64,000 nucleotides of DNA from Neoechinorhynchus agilis (lineage: Eukaryota > Animalia > Acanthocephala), in the NCBI GenBank assembly GCA_051530055.1, contig CM121342.1, forward strand, positions 8,757,480-8,821,479, written 5' to 3'. How positions within the stretch are numbered: the stretch's first letter is position 1; each line of letters opens with the position of its first letter. Under the pieces are notes generated by a model. It did no database searches. It saw only the letters and a list, made by a program, of their open reading frames with translations, and was not told the DNA's origin. Positions 35,441-45,400 of this stretch are shown one piece after another. The translations under genes and the position numbers were made by a program.

Positions 35441-35559
35441 TTGTGCTCAATCGAATGGCGCTGATAGGTTCTTATAGAAATGTCACGGATGTGGCTGACT
35501 CGAACGGAAATCGTGGGAGCTCTCGTGAACGCAGTCATCTTGTTAACGTTGTGTTAGAG

Positions 35560-36080
35560 AGTTTGAGATTGAAATATCGGGTTTATATCGTGCGCCCTTT
35601 GGGATCCGTTTCAGAATGTTCCTGGGAAGAACACGCACGAGATCAGCAGCGGAAGGAAGACTACCGGCGTCATCGGGGAGCGTCGACGGATTTTCTGGTG
35701 TTGCCGGTTGAAGCTATCGCGGGATTTGACCAGACCCTCCACAAAGTGATTTGACGGGCCCATGAATGCGAGAAACACCGAATTTCGTGATGGAAAAAGA
35801 GTCTAAACAAACGGGGCATAAACCTTTGGAGAGGCCTGGTGCTCCGGTAGCGTTGGGCGTTTCCTCGGCATTTGATTGGTCTGAATACGTAGTTGGGCTG
35901 TCTTGGCTGGTTGCGTCAAATTGTATCACTGCAGCGGCATAAGGATCGTGTGTTTGACGTGCAAATGAAATTGCTTGTACCAAAGTAGTGATTTCATGAA
36001 CAGAATTTAGGCCTGGTGTCCCGGTAGCGTTGGTTGTTTCCACGGTATTTGATGGGTCCGAATACGTAGTTGGGTTGTCG
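35560..36080 (-). mobile_element. CRE-clade 5' (N-terminal) fragment
   Basis: CPVCLDSFSITKFGVSRIHGPVKSLCGGSGQIP (zinc-finger-like), then after a frameshift RNILKRIPKGAR. I recognise both motifs from N-termini of CRE-like proteins. Confidence 0.7.
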
Positions 36081-36559
36081 TACCAAGAATATTTCTATTA
36101 AGTTCCCACGTCAAAATGTCGTGTCTCTAAGAGATGGCCACAAGTAAGAATTGAACGAATTTTTAATTCGTGACGTTTTCGGGTCAATTTTCTTGTTTCG
36201 CGAGTTTTCAGCTATGGGTTTTTCGCAACAAAAGACCCGAGGGCAGCCAACGATTTTTATCAGAGAATCAGACATTCAGAAACGGAATGCTTCATTCTAA
36301 TAATAATAACACGTTTATTTGTTAATTACCAAAAAGAGATCCATGCATCCTTGGGTTCTCATGAACACTCGAATTTGCAGGATATTGAATTTGGTACTTC
36401 TTTAAGATTCGTTGAGAGATTTGAAGAATTTTTTCTTAAGTAAGCTGACTATGGTTGGTAGAAATTGTTTTTGGTCTTTTAGTTGGTTTTGGTTAATTTG
36501 ATTTTGGTTGGTTAATTTGCAGTTGTTGTTTTCCGCTCTTTCCTCCGAATAAATTCACA

Positions 36560-36930
36560 TTTGGAGGATTGGGCGGTTTGTGCGAGAAATTGAAGGATGG
36601 AAAATGTTGGGGCGACGAATGTTGTAAGTGTGAGTAAAAGGAGAAATGTGTGGTAGAAATTGAGGCGTAAGAGAATAAAGGCGCTTTGAGTACTTTTGAA
36701 AGATTGGAGAGGTTTTTTCTAAAGGCGCAGATTAGAGCGCACCCCTCTTCTGAAATGTATTAAGTTTTTGAATTGATTGGAAGAAAAGCTGCAAAAGGTT
36801 GGATATCCGTAGGTGAACTTTGGTAGGATGGCGGACATATAAAAAGTACTTTAGGTCTTTAAATGATAATCCAAGGAATTGGAGGCGTTTAAGAAGATAG
36901 AATTTAAAGGACCCTTTATGCAACAAAATT
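36560..36930 (-). mobile_element. LINE ORF2 C-terminal remnant; copy ~59765-60165
   Basis: FYLLKRLQFLGLSFKDLKYF..LNTFQKR and RTNLYLRSFF, typical of the post-RT region of CR1/L2/Jockey-type ORF2. Confidence 0.65.
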
Positions 36931-37036
36931 GATATGTGCTTGTCCCACTTTAGATTTTTCTGAAAATGAAGATCAAGTATACGAACAGAGAAGACGATTG
37001 ATAGGATAAATCAAATTGCGAAAGATGTACCTTTAG

Positions 37037-37582
37037 AAATTTTTAAATTTGGAAGAGACAAGCAGAGTTTCAACCGGTGAAGGGAGCTATGTGGATAATG
37101 TTGAATTGAGCGAAGATAAAGGTAAAGTGGTTTTACATAATATGACCGCAACGTGGACTACTTCGGAACATAGAAAAGTATTTTAGTGTTTACTTATTGA
37201 ATATTTCAAGGGAACAAGTGAAGATCAATTTTATCTAAAGGAAATATCACTTTCCGCTGCAAAACGGAGTTTATCTATCCTCTGTGGTCTTCTTGGCTGT
37301 GGAAAATCGAGTGTGCTTGGCGCAATAATAAACGAGATGAGCATTCTCGAAGGAAATGTCTCCGGTGGAGGAACATTATCTTACTGTTCACAAGAATCTT
37401 GGTTATTCAATGGAACTATAAGGGAAATATTTTATTTGGACTGGATTACGACAAGAGTCGGTATAAAGAAGTAATCACGGCGTGCAAATTGGGTGAGGTG
37501 CGTAACACTGATTTTGAATAATTATTGCAATTTTCCTTCACATAAAAGGACTTCCACCAACTCGATCACATGGATTTTTTCG
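37037..37582 (+). pseudogene. ABCC transporter NBD1 exons (truncated copy)
   Basis: FLNLEE..VVLHNMTATWT, Walker A GLLGCGKSS, SYCSQESWLFNGTIRE (frameshift), ILFG and ACKL|DFHQL. A 33-nt GT-AG intron at 37178-37210 contains an in-frame TAG. Confidence 0.88.
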
Positions 37583-37849
37583 TAAAGCATTAATTGATTA
37601 TTCTAACAATTTTCGTTGCAATAAAAATTTTAAACGGATTACTCTTAAAAATTTGAAATTTTCAGCTATTATTTATACTTTTGTCATGTTTATAACCGAT
37701 AAATCGAAATAAAATTTTGTTTGTAAATAGCGATTACGGAACTAGTTCACGAAGAAGAGAAGATTTCATGAGAGCCTGCAAACGATCAATGCGCAATTTT
37801 CGAGTTGGAGTATAAACGGTGTACGTGTGGGGGGGGGGTTGAGTCGTGG

Positions 37850-38460
37850 ACCAGTAAACTTGTTATCTATCATGAGTACCACATTTGGAGACGAAGTCAC
37901 GTTCTACCGGCAAAAAGTAAACGGGCAATGCGGGAGGCTTAACGCCATCTTGTGGAAAACTATTTTGATTGTATTAAGAGACGGCGGGAAATCAATAACG
38001 ACCTGGCACCACGCGCTTATTCCGGCACTCGCCTGTATAAGATCATTATTATGCACCAGCACCGATAAGACGCCTCATGAAAGAATGTTCAGTTTTGAGA
38101 GGAGAGTTCCGCTAAATACCACTCTTCCTCAATGGTTACGTGATGGAGAATCTGCGTGGCTCAAGAGCGGCCATCCAACGAGCAAAAACGAACGCTCGAC
38201 CAAAAAGGTTAATCTGGTCGAAGCCAATGAAAAATATTCAGTTGTGGAATATCCCGACGGTCGCGTTGACAAAGTTTCCACCCAACGATTAGCTCCTACC
38301 TCCTGCTCATCCATTAATGCGCCAATTGAAGATAGGAATTCAACCAATGATTCGAACGTCGTCGCCTTCGAGTGAATTGGCGCATTTGGAGGATTCTAAG
38401 TGGATTGGTCAGAATGGTCAATTAGTTCGTCGCTCCTGCCGATTTTCTTCATGAGACCTG
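37850..38460 (+). mobile_element. Ty3/Gypsy integrase C-terminal half
   Basis: NGQCGRLN, W..AL.PALACIRSLLCTSTDKTPHERMFSF, VNLVEAN.KYS.VEYPDGRVDKVSTQRLAP and LVRRSCR. Confidence 0.88.
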
Positions 38461-38468
38461 TCGAAGGT

Positions 38469-38631
38469 TGTTATAGAATATCGACCCAGTGGCATCAGCA
38501 ATACTTACAGACGTTACTATTATATACATTGACGTTACTATTATATTCATTATAACGTTACAACGTGTGTACAAGTGTTTAGTTTTGTCAGTGTGTATTC
38601 TATTCAATAAAACCTTTTGAAAGTCATCACA
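38469..38631 (+). mobile_element. Putative 3' LTR of the Gypsy fragment
   Basis: Starts TGTTATAG just after the integrase frame, contains AATAAA and ends ATCACA. The polypurine tract is poor and no second LTR was found. Confidence 0.45.
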
Positions 38632-38729
38632 ATAAGCATAACCAATTTTTTTAAAAGCTTTTCGAGCACGATTCAACAGGTGCCAACGTCAACGTTTCAA
38701 CACAAATAGTATTTTGCAAAAAAAATGCA

Positions 38730-40370
38730 ATAATAAAACAAGAATCAGAAGAAAATCATCATTCTAACTTTATTTTGGATGCCCTGTCTTTTGTTTAAAT
38801 TTATCGCTCTTAATAAATATTTTAAAGAAACTGAACAAGTCTTGAAAAAACATTTAAAAAACTGATTGCAATAAATCGCCAATCAGAAAAAGACAAATCA
38901 TCATCTCTTTAAATTGGATGTCAATGTCTTTTTGTTCATCATTTTCGCTGTTTTGAAATATTTGAATGATAGATAGCGACTCGTGCTTTTAAAAGCAATT
39001 AGAAAATGATTACAATAATTAACGAATCAGAAGACAAGTCATCATCTCGTTGAATCGAATGTCCCTATCTTTTGATAATAATTTTCGCCGTTAAGAAATA
39101 TTTTAAAGAAACTGAACAAGTCTTGAAAAAACATTTAAAAAACTGATTGCAATAAATCACCAATCAGAAAAAGACAAATCATCATCTCTTTAAATTGGAT
39201 GTCAATTTTTTTTTGTTCATCATTTTCGCTGTTTTGAAATATTCGAATGAAAGATAGCGACTCGTGCTTTTAAAAGCAATTAGAAAATGATTACAATAAT
39301 TAACGAATCAGAAGACAAGTCATCATCTCATTAAATCGGATGTCCCCATCTTTTGATCATAATTTTCGCCGTTAAGAAATATTTTAAAGAAACTGAACAA
39401 GTCTTGAAAAAACATTTAAAAACGGATTGCAATAATTCGCCAATCAGAAAAGGACAAATCATCATCTCTTTAAATTGGATGTCAATGTCTTTTTGTTCAT
39501 CATTTTCGCTGTTTTTAAATATTTGAATGATAGATAGCGACTCGTGCTTTTTAAAGCAATTAGAAAATGATTACAATAATTAACGAATCAGAAGACAAGT
39601 CATCATCTCGTTAAATCGAATGTCCCTATCTTTTGATCATAATTTTCGCCGTTAAGAAATATTTTAGAAACTGAACAAGTCTTGAAAAAACATTTAAAAA
39701 ACTGATTGCAATAAATCACCAATCAGAAAAAGACAAATCATCATCTCTTTAAATTGGATGTCAATGTTTTTTTGTTCATCATTTTCGCTGTTTTGAAATA
39801 TTCGAATGATAGATAGCGACTCGTGCTTAGCGAATCAGAAGACAAATCATCATCATGTCGTTAAATCGGATGTCCCTATCTTTTGATCATAATTTTCGCC
39901 GTTAAGAAATATTTTAAAGAAATTGAACAAATTCTGTGCTGCCATGCAATTAAAATCTGATTACACTAATTCACGAATCAGAAGAAAACAAATCATCATT
40001 TCCTCAAATCGGATGTCACTGTCTTTTATTCATCATTTTCGACGTTAAGAAATATTTTAAAGAAATTGCATAATTGCTGTGTTGCAAAGCAATTAAAAAA
40101 TGGTTATAATAATTCGCGAATCTGAAGAAGACAAATCATCATCTCGTTAAATCGGATGCTACTGCCTTTTGTTCATCATTCTCGAAGTTAAGAAATATTT
40201 AAAAGAAATTGCACAAATGCTGTATTGCAAAGCAATTAAAAATGGTTATAATAATTCGCGAATCAGAAGAAGACAAATTATAATCTCGTTAAATCGGATG
40301 CTACTGTCTTTTGTTCATCATTATCGCAGTTAAGAAACATTTAGAAGAAATTGAACAAACTCTGTGTTAT
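38730..40370. repeat. Satellite array 3: ~140-bp monomer forming a 281-bp dimeric higher-order repeat in the centre
   Basis: CTGAACAAGTCTTG occurs at 38831, 39112, 39393 and 39671. Each unit has two AATCAGAA..GACAA.TCATCATCTC subunits ~144 and ~137 bp apart. Monomers at the edges are more diverged. Confidence 0.95.
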
Positions 40371-40371
40371 C

Positions 40372-40722
40372 AGAAGGGCTCCACCGCCTCGAGTGCTTTT
40401 CGCTCCTGGCGATTGCAACAGAGACGTTTCCAGAAGAAGAAGTCTACTTGGATCGATAGAAAGCGGTTTTCCCTTGTTGAATGAATTCGCCTTCATATTA
40501 TCCATCATTTTTACTGAAAAATAGTATTCTTTGATTGGTCCGAAAATCTCATCAACTTTTCCGATTTATTCTTTATTTTCCAAGTAGATTTGAGCATTGA
40601 AATAGAGGACGTGTGACTTAATCTCTAGTCTAAGAACGAGTTGTCCCTCGCAAGGTTGTAGAATTTCTCCAGCAGGTTGGAAGGTATAAGGTTGTCCCAT
40701 GTCAAAATCGCGCCCGCCTTTT
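40372..40722 (-). pseudogene. GAR1: GAR1 (H/ACA snoRNP subunit) pseudogene, intronless over the visible span, C-terminal RGG tail cut by the satellite
   Basis: Minus strand reads [73 protein letters not shown], matching the Gar1 core [26 protein letters not shown]. In-frame TAA at 40566-40568. Confidence 0.92.
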
Positions 40723-43259
40723 AAAGATTAGGCCTCCGTGAATCTTTGCTGCCGTTGTGTTGATTTCGTTACTTCGCGATTTTCCGAAATTGTAGTTTGT
40801 CAACAGAATGTCCCGTGTTGACTAAAAGAAATAATCTCAGCAGTATTATTGCTTCTTTGTTTAATGGGCCTAAACATACTTCTATCGAATTCGTTGCTGT
40901 CACCCCTTCGGTATGGCATTGCTTATTTAAGTGTTTGTTTATCGTTACGCATTTAAATGTTTTCTGAACTCTCCCAACTTAATTTATCGCCTGATCGTAA
41001 TTTTATTCTACGCTTGAGAAACCCAATTTTTCCTTAAAAAGATTTTCGTTTACGTCGTTATGAAGCATTATAAAGTTGTTCTAGTAAACGTGTTTGCTGA
41101 TTAATTTTCGTGTTGTTGAACAAACTTTGAACGCCTGTGTACTATTTTGTAGCCATGTTTACCATTCATAGCCTCCGTTTGTGCACTCGCTAAAGTCTAC
41201 TTGGTTGGAGCGTCACTTCGTTTTCGATCCAACGAACCATCTTCATCACTCATCCTTGAAACGAAATGTACACGGCCCTTGAACTTGCCTGGATCTACAA
41301 CGATTTCCAATACGAAATCACTTGGTTGACTCAGGTGTATCAGCACCATTATGCGCTCTATGGAGATCGATATACCGAATATTTTGTAATGTACCATTGG
41401 GTTGAATACTGGAACCACATGGCTTTGTGGGCCATGAGCAGAGGCATAACCGAGTAGCTGCTTCTGCTCATGAAGGTCGGCTAAAATCGCAGACTTACCC
41501 CTATGTCATAGTCATTGCGATATTTTCAATAAAGTGTTATCTTTATTGCTTGATCGAATTTTTGTGTTACGCAAACTATAGAATCCAGGACATTCGCTTT
41601 TTATTAATTTTAATATAATCTTTTTAGCGCAAGTTTGTTGTGATTCTTGGGTATTTGCTCATCACGTATCTTTGCAGATACGCAGGGAATCAATTTCTAC
41701 GAAGTGCTTCCTCTACAGCATTGGGCGAAGCAGTGTCTTTCTGTGGAGGGGGTTGTAAAGGGTGTGTTCCATCCACCCTGTATATCGTTAGAAGCGTATT
41801 GAAATAAGCTTTCAAACCCTGAAAACCGCATCAGAATATCTGTTATAGTTTTCCTTGTGGAGGGTAGTACTAAGGGTGTGTTACACCCTGTATAAACCAA
41901 CTACACCAGTAAACATGAACAATTAAAGCCTAAAGCAGTCGAACGGCATAGTCACATCGTGAATAAATCTAAGCACAAATTCTCCGAAAGTGAATTGAAT
42001 TTACTGAACGAAGTCCCCGATAATGTTATAGTTGAAGAATAGAGGGAACATCACTCACAGAGATCGTTGAAATTCGGAAACGATACGTTGGAACGATTGA
42101 CGAAGAGGATAAATACCACTGGGGACGTTCAGTTAACGATTTTGCGATGGTTGAAGTAGTAAAATAGAGAGAATCACCCGCAGAAATTAAAAGACATTGG
42201 AAATAGTATAGCAGCAAAAGTCGACGAAAAGGATAAATATATCAATTGGGCTCTTTCATCGGACCTAAAAATTCAAAGGATGCATGAAATCTTCGAGACC
42301 GCTGCTGCTGAAATTTAAATCATATGCGGAAATTTATATGCTCAATTTTCTTGTTATGTATCGGAATTTCATCGTCAGAAGCGTCGTTATGAAAGTCCCA
42401 AAATCCTCAATATTTGCATCGTTGGAGATTCTGTGGGTATCGACAGTAAAAAGGCAGTGATATTAAATAAATAGCAATGTTTCACTCAATACAACGTTCC
42501 TAGGAAATCTACTCGATGATCATTCGAGCGAGACGGGAACAATTATTGGTTCGTCGCTCAACAATCAGCATTGAAAAATAGAGCGGTGAACAGCAAAAAC
42601 ATTATAATTTTTAGCTAGGACGTCCTTATATTTCGTCAAGACGCAAAATAGATTTTTAAATTTCTATATTTTTTTAATCGTTCTCACAATTCAATGTTCT
42701 GAAATATCAGCCTCCATAAGATTCCGAAAATTGGATCTGCTGAATAATACTCGTTGTTTTGAGGGAACGCATTGCAATCACAACACTATCGACCCCAATC
42801 ATATTGCTCGCCATTGGCTTCTCTATTTGATTATTGGTAATTAGCAGATTGGTATAATCAAAGAAGCAGAAAAGCAATGGAAAGGAGATTCAATCACGAT
42901 TTGTTCAGCTCATCCGAGTGGCAGAAAGTGAGACGGAAATGGAAGGAACGGATGCGGAAAGTTTTCGGATCCACATAAAGAATTTAGGGAAAGCGGAATT
43001 GAAATGTAGGATTAAAAATTAATTTGAACGATCTGCAAAGAAGATGATGGAGGAAAGTTGAAATCAAATTGAAAAATGTTGAGTGGTGGCGGGCGAAGCA
43101 ATAAACGGTGAGGAGTTATTTTTTGTGATTATGAAAAGAAAAAAGAAGAAACGAATGAAATTGAGATTGACGAAGAATTTGTAAAACATGAGATGCGAAA
43201 TGCGAGCAAGAAAGTGGAAATCGGGCGCTTAAACTGATATTGATCCGGATCAAATCCGC

Positions 43260-44950
43260 AAAACGTGTTTGGACGGCGATAATGCCTTGCTAAGTATTAT
43301 TGCTCGAGAATTATCTGAAGCCTATGAATACTTTGTGAAGGCGTATGGTTCTAAGACACCTCTACATTTCAACGAGCACGCCATTTGGTCCGAAACAGGT
43401 CTGCAACAAGGCGATCCTCTCGGCCCCATAGGATTTTCCTTAACAACCAATGGAATATATCGTAAGCTCAAGGCAAGTTTGAACGTCTGGTACTTGGATG
43501 ACGCGACATTGGGCGGTGACCCAAAGACGGTTCTAGAAGACCTGCAATCCCCGCTTGTTTCTGCTGCGGAATTGGGCTCACGTGTCAACCCCGCGGAGTG
43601 TGAACTATTGCCACTAAATATTTCACATTCTCGCATGGCGGATATAATGCAGTCCTTCGAATCATTTGCCCCAGGAATCCGATTAATCAACCGGCAAAGC
43701 TTCACTCTTCTCGGCAGTTGCGTCCTGGATGCGAACATATATCGCGAGATTGAAGAAGAGCTTCCTAAACTGGATGTTTTGTGCTCCCGCGTTCAAGAAT
43801 TGAATGCACACAAAGCTCTCTTCCTGGTGAGAAACTGCCTATACATACCGAAGCTTATGTTCAAGATGAGAGCAGCCCCGTACTTCCGACACACCAAACG
43901 TCTCCTTGACTTAGATGGTTTGATGAAAAAGCATCTTGAAAAGGTAACGAACTGCGCCATCACTGATGAAGCTTGGCAACAAGCTGCCCTTCCGATCAAA
44001 TACGGAGGTTTAGGCTTACGAAGTGTGGCTGGTTTGGCCCTTCCGGCATTCGTATCCTCGATGCACAAGACGGAGGAATTACAGGGGAAATTCTCTTAAA
44101 CAGAATGTCAAAGCCATTCAAACTATTGAAACAGGGAGTCACATCATGGCTCTCGCAGACCGGTCTGCAACAAGCTCCAACCAACGCGCACGAACAATCT
44201 GCTTGGGATAAACCCTTAATCCTGACGGCTCACAACAAACTAAAAGGCAAGATGGACGAGATGTCTCAAGCTAGACTTGTGGCCAGTTCCTCGAAGGAGT
44301 GAGGCGCATGGTTGAACGTTTTGCCAATCGGTACTCTGGGAACTTTGCTGGACGACTAGACAGTTCGAATAGCCGTCGCTCTACGCTTAGGACTTCCAAC
44401 CTGTGCCCCACGCCAGTGCCGATGCGGAATAAAAGTTGACGTGCTCGGGAGACATGGACTCTACTGCAAGAGATCGAGCGGTCGTTTCCCAAGGCACGCA
44501 GAGCTCTGAACTCGATCCACGTTCCAACCATCCTGGAGCCCAATCACCTTCGGTATGACCGTTTTCCCTTGGAAAGAAGGGAAGAGTCTAATTTGGGACG
44601 CAACATGCGTGGACTCACTCGCCCTGTCCAACCGGCAAGATGCTTTAGCGGAGACGGGAGGAGCAGCGAGTGCCGCCGAAAGGAGGAAAGCGGAGAAATA
44701 CAATGAGCTCAAACAAAATTACATTTTCCTTCCTTTCGGCGATGAAACACAAGGGGCGCTGAGATCTTCGGCACGAAGCTTTTGTGCCGAACTCGGACGA
44801 CGACTTGCAGCACAAACAGGGGAGCGACGCGAGAGGATTTTCCTGATCCAAAGAATAAGCCTCGCAATCCAACGAGGAAATGCGGTTAGCGTCCGGGGGA
44901 CGATCTCAGCTGTAAAGTAACTAATTAACTTTCTTATAAAATAAAAATTA
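43260..44950 (+). mobile_element. CRE-clade non-LTR retrotransposon, 5'-truncated, RT plus RLE, with stops and deletions
   Basis: GLQQGDPLGPIGFSL, WYLDDATLGG, HKALFLVRNCLYIPKL, QAALPIKYGGLG, TVFPWKEGKSLIWDATCVDSLA, AERRKAEKY and SLAIQRGNA. The tail after 44920 is A-rich. Confidence 0.94.
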
Positions 44951-44954
44951 AACG

Positions 44955-45400
44955 AGAAAATTATAATCTATAAGGCACCATGCAGACAATGCGGAAAATA
45001 TTATGTTCGACAAACAAGTCAAGGACTAAAAAAGCGTATTGGCCAGCATAAATATTGTGTGCGCAGAGCAGATACGTCGTCCGCCATCAGTAATCATGTT
45101 GTAAAAACGAATCATGAAATCGGATTTGAGGATGTTCATCAGATCATGATCGAGAGTGACTGGAAAAGGAGGGCAATCAAAAAAGCGGTAATGATAAACA
45201 ACAACTGTATGGAGGGGAATACCCCAAGCTGGAAGCTGAAGATTCCATACAAACTAAGACCTGCCCAGGGGGTGACAGATCACCCGCGGGCCTAACAACC
45301 CCGGGCACAAGAGTTCTGCCCAAGCCACACTCACCACGTACTATTCTAGGTACCTGAAGAGGTCTGCATACAGACGAAAATTCGTACAAATAAATCAGTC
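44955..45400 (+). mobile_element. Penelope-like 3' fragment (GIY-YIG domain plus 3' UTR)
   Basis: IIYKAPCRQCGKYYVRQTSQGLKKRIGQHK..SAISNHVVKTNH..DWKRRAIKKAVMIN..MEGN, followed by a hammerhead motif. Confidence 0.9.
45350..45387 (+). ncRNA. Minimal type-I hammerhead ribozyme motif
   Basis: GTAC-CTGAAGA-G-GTCTG-CATA-CAGAC-GAAA-ATT-C-GTAC. Core boxes CUGANGA and GAAA are present, with a 5-bp stem II, palindromic AATT stem III, UUC cleavage triplet and 4-bp stem I. It lies ~55 nt after the Penelope stop codon. Confidence 0.85.

Noticed and set aside
40566-40568. Alternative genetic code (TAA at a conserved Gln in GAR1; TGA at Trp in PWIT at 23738/57179)
   Set aside because: Both are single transitions (CAA>TAA, TGG>TGA). 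The Gln-rich 530-codon ORF contains no TAA/TAG, and TGG is used at the homologous site at ~54255.
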